NCBI GenBank assembly: GCA_031835245.2
Contig: JAVKOQ020000021.1
Coordinates: forward strand, 62,001-126,000
Origin: Balamuthia mandrillaris
Taxonomy: Eukaryota
Length of the DNA: 64,000 bases
Direction of reading: 5' to 3'
Part shown: one piece after another, positions 51,086-61,344 of the stretch
Numbering within the stretch: position 1 is the stretch's first letter
Layout: the number at the start of each line of letters is the position of its first letter
Position numbers and translations under genes: made by a program
Notes under the pieces: model-generated
Told to the model about the DNA's origin: nothing
What the model saw: the letters and a program-made list of their open reading frames with translations, nothing else
Databases searched by the model: none

Positions 51086-51358
51086 TTTATTTTTTTGGTT
51101 TTTTTTTGGACAAGAAACGACGTTTGTCTTTGCTCTTCTTCTTCTTCTTCCTTCCTTCCTTCCTTCCTTCCTTCCTCTGCTTCGCCTCTTTCTTCTCTCG
51201 TCGTTGGTTTCGTCTCTTTCTTCTCTCTCTTCTTTTGCTTGTCGTTGATGTCTGTTCATTATTATTGAATCTTTGGAAAATAATCGATAATTATTATAAA
51301 TTCGTAAAATCTTGAAGATATTTTTCCATATTAGGTTATTTATTGAATATATCCAACT

Positions 51359-53272
51359 TTATATTCGATAATATACTCTCTTCTTCTCCCCTTTCTCTGT
51401 TTGCAGGGAACAAGCAGCAGCAGCAAGGGGCCGGTGGAGGCAGCTCTGGCTGCAACACAACAACTCCCACCAAACTCTTCTTTCCTCGTCCCAATACCGT
51501 CTCACCACTTGCCTTGTTTCTTCTTCTCCCCCCTCCGCCTCTTCTTTTGCACCTTCTGCCTCCAAAAACAGCTGTGCACAGACATCACATCTTCTCTGCA
51601 ATCTTTGCAATCGTTCCTTCACTTCTTCTGGAAGCACCACTTCGGGACCCTCCACACTTCCTTCCTTTTCTGTTTGTTCTTCCTTTGTTTTTTTCTTTTC
51701 ATGGTCCCCATTGAGCAAAGAAGATAGTGAAGTAGTAGTCGTAGTAGTAGTAGAAGAAGAAGAAGAAGAAGAAGAAGAAGAAGAAGAAGAAGAAGAAGAA
51801 GAAGAAGAAGAAGAAGAAGAAGAAGAAGAAGAAGAAGAAGAAGAACAAGAACAAGAAGAAGCAAAAGAGGAACAAGAACAAGAATAAGAACAAGAACAAC
51901 AAGAACAACAAGAACAACAAGAACAACAAGAAGAAGAAGAACAAGAAGAAGAAGATGATGAGCAAGAAGAAGAAGAAGAAACCCAAGTGAAGGGCGGGTC
52001 TGGAACAGGGGTCAACAGGCCAGTGGGCAAAAGCTTGTTCCTCAGCAAAGCCTCTCCACTCAAGTGCCACAAGCTTTTCACAGTGGCCTGGCTGTTTCTC
52101 ATGGGCGGTGATTTCACTAGTTTCTTTTTCTGCTGCTCCTCCTCTTTTCCCTCTTCTTTCTCATTCTCTTCCATTTGTTGGAGAGGTGCTTCTTGCTGGT
52201 GAAAGGGTTGATGGGAGAATGTGTTCAAGGACGGAAGAAGCCCAACCATTGAGCAAGGCAGTGCCGCCAAGGAGTTATCATTCAGCGTGTAACGGTTGAG
52301 AGCGGTGAGTTGGCCAAACTCTCTCGGCAAGGAGGTCAGTTCATTTTTGTGGAGGTTGCACTCAGTGAGAGCAGAGAGCTGGCCAAACTCCCTCGGCAAG
52401 GAGGTCAGTTCATTGTTGTGGAGGGAGCAGCGGGTGAGAGCGGTGAGCTGGCCAAACTCCCTCGGCAAGGAGTGCAGCTTGTTGTTGGTGAGGTTGCACT
52501 CAGTGAGAGCAGAGAGCTGGCCAAACTCCCTCGGCAAGGAGGTCAGTTCATTGTTCTGGAGGGAGCAGCGGGTGAGAGCGCGGAGCTGGCCAAACTCCCT
52601 CGGCAAGGAGTGCAGCTTGTTGTTGGTGAGGTTGCACTCAGTGAGAGCAGAGAGCTGGCCAAACTCCCTCGGCAAGGAGGTCAGTTCATTGTTCTGGAGG
52701 GAGCAGCGGGTGAGAGCGCGGAGCTGGCCAAACTCCCTCGGCAAGGAGTGCAGCTTGTTGTTGGTGAGGTTGCACTCAGTGAGAGCAGAGAGCTGGCCAA
52801 ACTCCCTCGGCAAGGAGCTCAGCTTGTTGTTGTAGAGGTAGCAATCCGTAAGAGCGCGGAGCTGACCAAACTCCCTCGGCAAGGAGGTCAATTCATTTTT
52901 GTGGAGGTAGCAGCGGGTGAGAGCGGTGAGCTGGCCAAACTCTCTCGGCAAGGAGTGCAGCTTGTTGTAGGAGAGGTCGCAGCGGGTGAGAGCAGCGAGC
53001 TGGCCAAACTCCCTCGGCAAGGAGTGCAGCTTGTTGAAGGAGAGGATGAAGCGGGTGAGAGCAGAGAGCTGGCCAAACTCCCTCGGCAAGGAGGTCAGTT
53101 CATTGTTGTGGAGGTTGCAGTGGGTGAGAGCGGTGAGCTGGCCAAACTCCCTCGGCAAGGAGCTCAGCTTGTTGAAGGAGAGGTCGCAGGCGGTGGAGTG
53201 TGCAAAGGGTTGGAGAAGGGAGGGTAGGCCTTTGCGTTTCTCCTCTTTCTCTTTCTTGTCTGCCGGTTCCAT
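51359..53272 (-). CDS. LRR protein with ~14 near-identical 23-aa repeats and the same C-terminal module as 15385-16764
   Basis: 13x SLPREFGQL; tail VKSLWHLSGEALL..VLPEEV..RRCDVC..WWELLCCSQSC. Confidence 0.88.
   Translation of the reverse strand: MEPADKKEKEEKRKGLPSLLQPFAHSTACDLSFNKLSSLPREFGQLTALTHCNLHNNELTSLPREFGQLSALTRFILSFNKLHSLPREFGQLAALTRCDLSYNKLHSLPREFGQLTALTRCYLHKNELTSLPREFGQLRALTDCYLYNNKLSSLPREFGQLSALTECNLTNNKLHSLPREFGQLRALTRCSLQNNELTSLPREFGQLSALTECNLTNNKLHSLPREFGQLRALTRCSLQNNELTSLPREFGQLSALTECNLTNNKLHSLPREFGQLTALTRCSLHNNELTSLPREFGQLSALTECNLHKNELTSLPREFGQLTALNRYTLNDNSLAALPCSMVGLLPSLNTFSHQPFHQQEAPLQQMEENEKEEGKEEEQQKKKLVKSPPMRNSQATVKSLWHLSGEALLRNKLLPTGLLTPVPDPPFTWVSSSSSCSSSSSSCSSSSCCSCCSCCSCCSCSYSCSCSSFASSCSCSSSSSSSSSSSSSSSSSSSSSSSSSSSSSSSTTTTTTTSLSSLLNGDHEKKKTKEEQTEKEGSVEGPEVVLPEEVKERLQRLQRRCDVCAQLFLEAEGAKEEAEGGEEETRQVVRRYWDEERRVWWELLCCSQSCLHRPLAAAACSLQTEKGEKKRVYYRI
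52296..53190 (-). repeat. 69-bp coding tandem repeat array with exact 138-bp higher-order duplications
   Basis: ctggccaaactccctcggcaagga recurs every 69 bp; the TECNLTN/TRCSLQN repeat pair is duplicated. Confidence 0.95.
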
Positions 53273-53372
53273 TGAACTTGTCGTGAACTCTCTTTTCTTT
53301 TTTTTTCTTTTCTTTTCTTTTTCTTTTTCTTTTTCTTTTTTTCTTTCTTTCTTTCTTTCTTTATTTATGGAT

Positions 53373-53431
<59 letters not shown>

Positions 53432-53495
53432 TTGTTTTATAACAGGAAACAAAGGAGAAATAGGAACGAGAATGTTTCCATGTTTCCTTGTTTGT

Positions 53496-55880
53496 TCAAG
53501 GCGCACCGGTACCCCAGTTCTGCGCCTGCTTTTGTTTCTGTTTGAACAGCTCTCTTTTCCATTGTCGTTGCTCCCATTTGAGCCGTCTCTTTTCCTGTTT
53601 GCTGAGCCCTTCTGTTGCGCTCGTGCTGTTGTTGTTGTTATTCGTCGTCTTCTTATTCGGTCTTGTTGTTGTTGTTGCTTTTAGTTGTGACGAGCTCTCT
53701 TTCTTTTTGTTGTTTGTCTTCTTCGTGTGGTTGACGTTGTTGTTGTTGTTGCAAGAAGATGCTGGGTCAGCGTTGTTGGATTGTTGTTGTTGTTGCTTGA
53801 ACACGTGATGATACTTTCGGTCTTGCATTCGCATGAAGGCGCCAAGGAAAGAAGCTTCATCCTCTTGCACAAGAAGATCGTCTGATGCTGCTTTTTCATC
53901 ATTTCTTGTACTCTTGGTCATGTTGATCGAATGAGAGGAAGATGAAGCGTGTGAAGAAGGGACAGTGAAGCAATCGACGTCAGTGATGGAACGAACGTGA
54001 GGAGAGAGGGGCAAAGAATAGTTCTTGCTGGTTTGGCTCAAGTCCGCGTCGAGAGGCAGTGGCAGAGTGTAACCGCCGTCATCCGAAGCAGATAAGGAAG
54101 TCGCAGAAACGGAAGAAGCGTCGAATGAAGTTCGCAATAACGATGAAGAAGCATGAAGCGGTGGGCCATAGCTTCGTTTCAGTTGCTTCTGTTTGTTCTC
54201 CTCTTCCTCATCAATTTCAATGTCGAAAGAAAAAGAAGAGGAGGAAGGAGAAGACGTTGGAAGAGAAAAAGAGTGCATATTTCTCTCTGCATTTTCCAGC
54301 AAAAGCGAAACTGAAGAAGATGAACTAAAGTCGTTTGAAACAGGAAGAGAATATGAATGAGAAGAAGTAGAGGACGATAATTGAGGAAGATCGTAGCTTG
54401 CGTTGGAAGGAACGAAAGAAGAAGAAAAAGAAAGAGGTGCTGAGGAAGATGGCAAGCCAAAGTCGGTTATCTCTTGATGACGCCCCGAAGAGAGCCCAGG
54501 AACACCAAAGCGGCTGCTAATATCGTTGTTTGTTGTACCGTCAATGTCAAAGTTGATGGAAGATGAAGATGAAACAGAGGTGAAAGAATCTAAGTGAGAA
54601 AAGTTTGGGTGATTGTTTGTTGACTTGTGGTCAAAGCTCCAAACGTTGCTTTCGTCATTTCCCATAAAAAGAAACGAGGAAGAAGCGGAAGAGAAGGAGG
54701 ATGATTGGTATTCTTCCTGTTCTTCTGCTTCATTCAAAGGAGAGAAAAGGTGAAGCGGTTCTTCCTCTCCATCTTCTTCTCCGTAGTCTTCCCTCTCCTG
54801 CGAATAGTTGTGCTCCGTTGTCGCTTCTTCTTTCATTTTATCCTTTTGCGCTGATGATGAAGCAGCACCAGAAGCTTTCACCACTTTCTCCTTTGCTCCT
54901 CTCATCGGCACTCTTTCATAGTCTTCCTCCATTGCCCAAGCGGAACAATCCACATTCTCTTCTTCATAGTCTTCCTCCGTTTCAATGCTCCAACTGTCCT
55001 CCTGTCGAAATCTTCTCGGTCTCCAAACGTTTCTCTCCGCCGTTGCTTCTGCCTGCATTTCGGCTCTTTCTACGTTGTAATACTCAAAGAACTCTCTTCT
55101 CTGTTGCTTAAAGGTTTCCTGTTCGTGTTGACGTCGGGCCTCAATTTCCTGTTTCCACTTTTCGTTGAACTTCATGAACTCTTCCTCAGAAGTGAAGACG
55201 CGACCCTGAAAACGGATCAGCACCGGTTGCTGAGATTTGTTTAGACCAGACGCAAGCGGTCTCCTTGAATAATAAGAAGACGAATAAAAGGAGGACGACG
55301 ATGACGATGATGACAAAGGCGACGAGGTATTATGTTCTTCCTCAGAGTCGTTGTAGTCCTCATCGTGAGAGTAGTCGTCGCGTTCGCGAACAATTCTTGT
55401 TTTCTGTTTCCTGTTCTTCATTCTGCGCTTCTTTGTCTGTTTGTCCTCTACCGGAACTTTTTTCAACAGATCCGAATTGATCGGAACAGCTATTTGTGGG
55501 GGTTGTCATTTGGTTGTGGTTAAAGAAAAAGAAAAAGACGAAGAAAAAGAAGAAGAAGAAGAAGAAGAAGAAGAAGAAGAAGAAGAAGAAGAAGAAGAAG
55601 AAGAAGAAGAACAAGAACAAGAACAAGAAGAAGAACAAGAAGAAGAAGAACTAGACAAGAACAAGAACACGAATAAAGAAGAAGCAGGATAAAGAAGGAC
55701 GATGTATTGAGTCCTACCAGCAATCCAGCACTCCTTGGTATTTCTCCAGCCGCGTGAGCCCCAGGCCACGTAAGCGATGGGCGGTGAGTAACGGGTGTCC
55801 ACGCCTTTGACGATGCCTTGGACCCACACATTGACGCGTCGCAGGAGGACCTCCTCCCCCTCCCTCACCGTTGCCGGCAT
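53496..55880 (-). CDS. Hypothetical protein: small N-terminal Tudor/Agenet-like beta domain followed by a long disordered Ser/Glu-rich region (2 exons)
   Basis: Exon 1 VREGEEVLLRRVNVWVQGIVKGV..AYVAWGSRGW..ECWI splices in frame to AVPINSDLLKKVP. Confidence 0.6.
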
Positions 55881-56085
55881 GACCGATGATGATGGAGTTG
55901 CCACACACACACACACACACACACCCTTCCCTGCAGTTGTTAAACGAATATCAGCTTTTATTCAGTCGTATAGTGGTTGCTGCTTTGTCTTTCTTGTCTC
56001 TTTCCTTTCTTTTTTGTTCAGCGAATACCCAGGCGCAGGTTCGATCCTCATCTCCTGCCACAATCTTGTTTATTTTCTTTGCCGG

Positions 56086-56194
56086 CAGAAATCAAAAAAG
56101 CATTTCTGCCGACAAAGAGACGACACGTCTACAAAAAAAAAACAAAAATTTGTGTGGTCGGCTGTTGTCGGCAGAAATGCTTTTTTGATTTCTG
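56086..56194. repeat. Perfect 30-bp inverted repeat with 49-bp spacer
   Basis: CAGAAATCAAAAAAGCATTTCTGCCGACAA (56086-56115) and its exact reverse complement (56165-56194). Confidence 0.9.
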
Positions 56195-56370
56195 ATTGGG
56201 ACAAATTCATAAATGAATTCAGCTGGGAAAGCGAAAACGGGTCTCCACGTCACCCCTGTTTCTTTTGTTTGGGTGTTTGTGTGGGGGGAAGAGAGACTGT
56301 AAGAGCAGACGCTGTCACTGTCTTTTGATTGTCGATTTTATTTTTATTTTTTAAAAAAAAGCAATACACA

Positions 56371-56930
56371 ATGGCACAACGGGCGAGCTGTTGGGTGGTG
56401 GTGATGATGATGTGCATGGTGGTGCTGTTCGCGACGGCGGCGGTGGTGATGGTCAGGGCCGACGAACAGGCAGCTGGTGGTGGCGAGGCGGCCGACAGGC
56501 CCAGCGATGTCATCGTGCTGACGGACGACAACTTTGAGCACTTGACGCAGGCCACCACTGGGGCCACCACTGGAGACTGGTTTGTGGAATTGTAAGTAGT
56601 AGCAAATGCCCTTCTCTATTTTTCTTTTTTGATCTTTGCTTTCATTTTTTTTTTTGTGATGGATTGATTTTTTTTGCATTGATTTTTGTTGCTACTCTTT
56701 TTTTTTTGTTTGGCTGATTTTTAAACACTGTAAAAAAAAGTTATGCGCCGTGGTGCGGCCACTGCAAGAGACTGGTTCCAGCTTGGGAGGAGCTGGCCAC
56801 AGCACTCAAGGGAGAAGTGGTCGTTGCCAAGCTGGACGCCACTGTCAACCCCCTCACCGCCAAGCGTTTCAAGATTACGGGCTATCCCTCCATTTACTTG
56901 TGCGTCTTTCCTTCTCTTCACCATTCTCTG

Positions 56931-56961
<31 letters not shown>

Positions 56962-57471
56962 CTTTCTCTCCCTCTCCCTCTTTTCTCTCCTCTCTCCTCG
57001 CTTCTTTCTCTGCTAAAATTTTCTGATTGCTTCGTGTGATGCCATAAAATAGCTTGAAGAACGGAAAGCAGTATCGTTACAGCGGCCAGAGAACTGTTGA
57101 GGACATGAAAGAGTTTGCTCTTGGTGGCTACAAGTCTGTTGACCCTCAGGATATCCAGCACCAACTTTCCATGTTGTAAGTTTTTCTCATCTCCTTTTCT
57201 CTTCTTTCTTCCCCTTACTCACAACAATAAACCTTTGTGTGTTGTGCTTACAAAAAACAGTGAAGCTGTTTTGGAAGAAATCGTCAGCGATTTTAAAGTG
57301 TTGTTTGTCAACAAGAAACTCGCTCTGGGCATCACCTTTGGGGCAGGCGTGGCCACTGCCTCTGTCTTCTTCCTGCTCATGTTCCTCGTCATCAACTACT
57401 TTATGCCTTACCCCGAGCCAGCTGCTCGCCCCGCTGCTGCTCGTCCCTCCAAAGCGAAGAAGGCCGACTAG
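56371..57471 (+). CDS. Thioredoxin-related transmembrane protein (TMX/PDI-like), ER-retained
   Basis: Signal peptide; [40 protein letters not shown]; C-terminal TM; KKAD* di-lysine motif. Confidence 0.9.
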
Positions 57472-57556
57472 GTTTCTTTCTTTATGTTTTACAACAAATA
57501 TTTAACTTTACAACACATTTGCTTTTGTCAAAGAGAAACTATAAGCAGAACAACGT

Positions 57557-58604
57557 TTACACTTGGTCGTCAGCCGAATCGGAGTCCGAGTCCTTCTTTT
57601 CTTCGCTCGTTCGCACTCCCTTGTTGAGCTCCTTGAGTTTAATCCGTATTTCATCGTCTTCAGCATCGTCGCCATCTTCTTCTTTGAACTCGACCCGGTT
57701 GGTCACGCGGAACAACAAGCCAGCAACAAAGGAGGCCACGAAGGGACCCAACCAGTAGACCCAGACGTACTCAAACCGTTCTCCTCCTTCATCCATGGCG
57801 TTGGCGATGATGGCTCCCGTCATGACCGCCGGGTTAAACCCTCCTCCTGAGATTGGCATGTGTTCTGTTTTTATGTTGTGTTGTTTTTTTAAACTCTTAG
57901 TCTTTTTTTCAAACACATTTACAAAGCAGAAGACGTACGTCCAACAGCGACGGCACCAGCAGTGATGCAGAAGCCAATGGCCAAGCCGAAGAAGGAGTTG
58001 CCGGCTTGGGTCTTGGTGGTGGCCGTTTGGATCACCGCATTGATCAGCAGGAAGGAGAAGAACAACTCTGCAGCAAATGCTTGCCCGGAGGTGAAGCCAT
58101 CCCCCGGTTTGACCTCAAAGGTTCGGTGGGATATCCCCCAATACGTCTTTGAAACAACGGTTAGAGGAGAGCGAGAAGAGAAGGAGGGAAGAAAGCTGAG
58201 CAAGCAACAGTACCATAGCACCGAGAAAAGCGCCAAAGAACTGAGCCAGCCAGTAACCCAACAGACGAAAGATGGAGAGCTTTCCTCTGCCCGAAAGGAA
58301 CACGCCCAACGACACAGCTTTATGGTGTGATGGTTCAATTCAACAACAAACGGAGTGAGAGGCAACACAAGAAGAGGCGGAGCAGGATGTGCATACAAGG
58401 ATTGTAATGGCCTCCCGAGATGTGCCCTCCAGAGTAGACCAGGATCATCAAGGTGGCACCGATGCTCAGCGGGGCCAACTCCCCTCCGGACAGCACGGAC
58501 AGCCCGATGGACAACATGAACATGAACGTCCCCACCAGCTCCACGACGAACGGGGCCGCCATCACGCTGGCTTTGTGCACGGGTTCAGGAAAAGTCAGGC
58601 CCAT
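57557..58604 (-). CDS. Aquaporin/MIP (4 exons)
   Basis: VELVGTF, GGHISGGHYNP, SGGGFNPAV, WVYWLGP. Confidence 0.92.
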
Positions 58605-59402
58605 CTTTTTTGTATGTTGGTTGGTCTTCAGCACCGTTGCGAGAGTCCGAGTCAAGCCGGGGTTGTGGTGGTGGGTGTAGTTCTTTGTTTGTGGTGTATT
58701 GTGGAGGCGAAAGGAGTTGCGATGGGAAAAGAAAAGAGAAAAGAAAATGGAAGAAGAAAGAACAAAAAGACCCTTTTTAAACAAAGGGAGTACAATTGCA
58801 GTTCGCCTTTATGTGAAAGGACCGTGAATCTCAGAGCACAATCTAGAGATCGGCCTGGTCAAGCCGTAGGCCGGACACCACCGAAAGGGGGTGAAAAGAA
58901 CTGTGCTTCTCACCCTATTGAAAGTCGTTGATATTCGCTCTCTCCTCTGCCCGATACCGCTTTTTAAGAGGGATTTCGCCACCAACAATCCATTCGATTG
59001 GTGTCCGTCTCTAAGCTTTCCATCCCTTTAATATCCGAAATGTCGTCTGGCAACCCTGTTGAACCGCCCTGCCATCGTGGTTGCTTCCAAACAAGGGACG
59101 ATTCCGCATGCCTCCCCTTTTCCAAGCCAGCACTTTTTTTGAGAACAAGGGCTCAAGCCCGAGAATCTTTATGCCCGCACCGGTCGAATAACAACCCGTT
59201 TAAAGAGGAAAAAAAGCGGGGAACGTTGTCGCATAAAAAAAGAAAAAAAGAGATAACAGGAACGACCAGATAACCAATCAATTTTGAAATTAAACCAATC
59301 TCAAAATATTCCTTTTTGGAACAATCTGTTTTAAAATTAAAAATACGAACAACTTTTGTACACGACTCTTTTTTTTTTCTGTGCTTTTGCTCTCTCTCTC
59401 TC

Positions 59403-60513
59403 TTAAACTTGGTCATCGGCGTCGGATGAAGAGGCCGAGTCCTTTGTGTCCTCGGTGGCCTTGTTCAGCCTCTTGAGTTTCTTTCGCATGGTGTCGGCTT
59501 CTTCCTCGTCATCGTCGTCTCCTTCCACATATTCACCCCGGTTGGTGATGCGGAACAGAAGACCAGCAACAAAGGAGGCCACGAAGGGACCCAACCAGTA
59601 GACCCAGATGTACTCGAACCGTTCTGCCCCCGCGTCCATGGCGTTGGCGATGATGGCTCCCGTCATGACCGCCGGGTTAAACCCTCCTCCTGAGATTGGC
59701 ATGTTTTCTGTTTTGTTTGTTCTTGTGTCAGCCTACTTTGGCCAAACAGTAACCAACAGAGTGCAGAGGGTCCCCAAAAAAAAAACGTACGTCCAACAGC
59801 AACGGCACCAGCGGTGATGCAGAAGCCAATGGCCAAGCCGAAGAAGGAGTTGCCGGCTTGGGTCTTGGTGGTGGCCGTTTGGATCACCGCATTGATCAGC
59901 AGGAAGGAGAAGAACAACTCGGAGGCGAGTGCCTGACCGGAGGTGAATCCAGCGCCGGGTTTGACTTGGAATGTTTCATGTGAAATAGCCCAATACATCT
60001 TTAAGAAACAAACGCAAAAACAATTGTCAGAACGAGTGGGTTAGGGGTGAGAGAATAGGGGCAAAGTACAGCAACGGTTAGAGGAGAGCGAAAAGAGGAA
60101 GAGGGAAGAAAGCTGAGCAAGCAACAGTACCATAGCACCGAGAAAAGCGCCAAAGAACTGAGCCAGCCAGTAACCTACAAGTCGTGGCAAGGAAAGTTTT
60201 CCTCTGCCCGAAAGAAAAACGCCCAAGGATACCGCTGGGAGAAGACCATGAGTCAGACAAGAAAGACCCGAAAGAACCAAAAAAAAAAAGAATGAATTAA
60301 CGCACAAGGATTGTAATGGCCTCCCGAGATGTGCCCTCCAGAGTAGACCAGGATCATCAAGGTGGCACCGATGCTCAGCGGGGCCAACTCCCCTCCGGAC
60401 AGCACGGACAGCCCGATGGACAGCATGAACATGAACGTCCCCACCAGCTCCACGATGAACGGAGCGGCGGCCTGGCAGACTTTGTGAATGGGTTCTGGCA
60501 TAGACAGTTCCAT
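59403..60513 (-). CDS. Aquaporin/MIP (4 exons)
   Basis: Same motifs and intron positions as the 57557-58604 copy. Confidence 0.92.
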
Positions 60514-61344
60514 TGTTGTGTGTTATGTGTATAAAGAGTAGGTATACAACAAGAAAAGTATAGTGTGGTAAAGAGAGTTTGTGTTGTTGAAAGTGGAAGA
60601 AGGAAAAAGAAAACCAGCAAAAAAATGTTTGCCATTTATAGTTGGTGGAATTGCGTTGCGGAAGTCTGAAGAATTCCAAATGGACAGTTGGTAGTTCGGC
60701 GACAAGGCCGAGATGCTGTTCTCGTTAATGCCAGCACAAAGGCTAGCGATCGGGTTTCTTGGTTACTCCGTTGAACAGAAATGATGTTGTTCCAGTTCAC
60801 CCAATGAACGAGAGGTTGTGGTATTTTATTACAATCGGAATCGATCGACAGATTGGCTCCCTCTGCCATTGGTTTGCCGGAATCCAGCTGAACGGTCCGT
60901 TTTAGTTAAATTGAAAAAAGAATGAAAATAGCCGTTTTAGTTATACTTGTGTTGCAGTGGTTTTGTTGCTGTTGCGTAACCACAATGAGATTTTGACTTC
61001 AAACGGAAACAATTTTAAAGTGAAGTGAACCCATCGTGATAAGATTGGAGTCAACAGTTTTACTTTACTACTTTGTTTTCTGTCCGTACTCACCCCAAAA
61101 AAGAAGATCCACGGACACAAGATAGAGGGCCAAGTGGGGGGATCTGACGATTCTCCAATTGAGGTATAAGCGAATGAAACTTGCAATAAAAAAAGCTTTA
61201 TTGGTGCTTCCATGACGTGGCCCAGGTCGACACTGCACGAGCAATTTCAGAGGTTTGTTAATAAGCTTTAATGATTGCAGCTATATTGCAACTTAATTCC
61301 CGGACTGAGGCCAACTCATTCAACATAAACGCGCACAGCCCGGA

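Noticed and set aside
52296..53227. Regularly spaced repeats resembling a CRISPR array, and long plus-strand ORFs
   Set aside because: The period is 69 bp, equal to one LRR codon block; the 'spacers' are homologous; no cas genes; eukaryotic context
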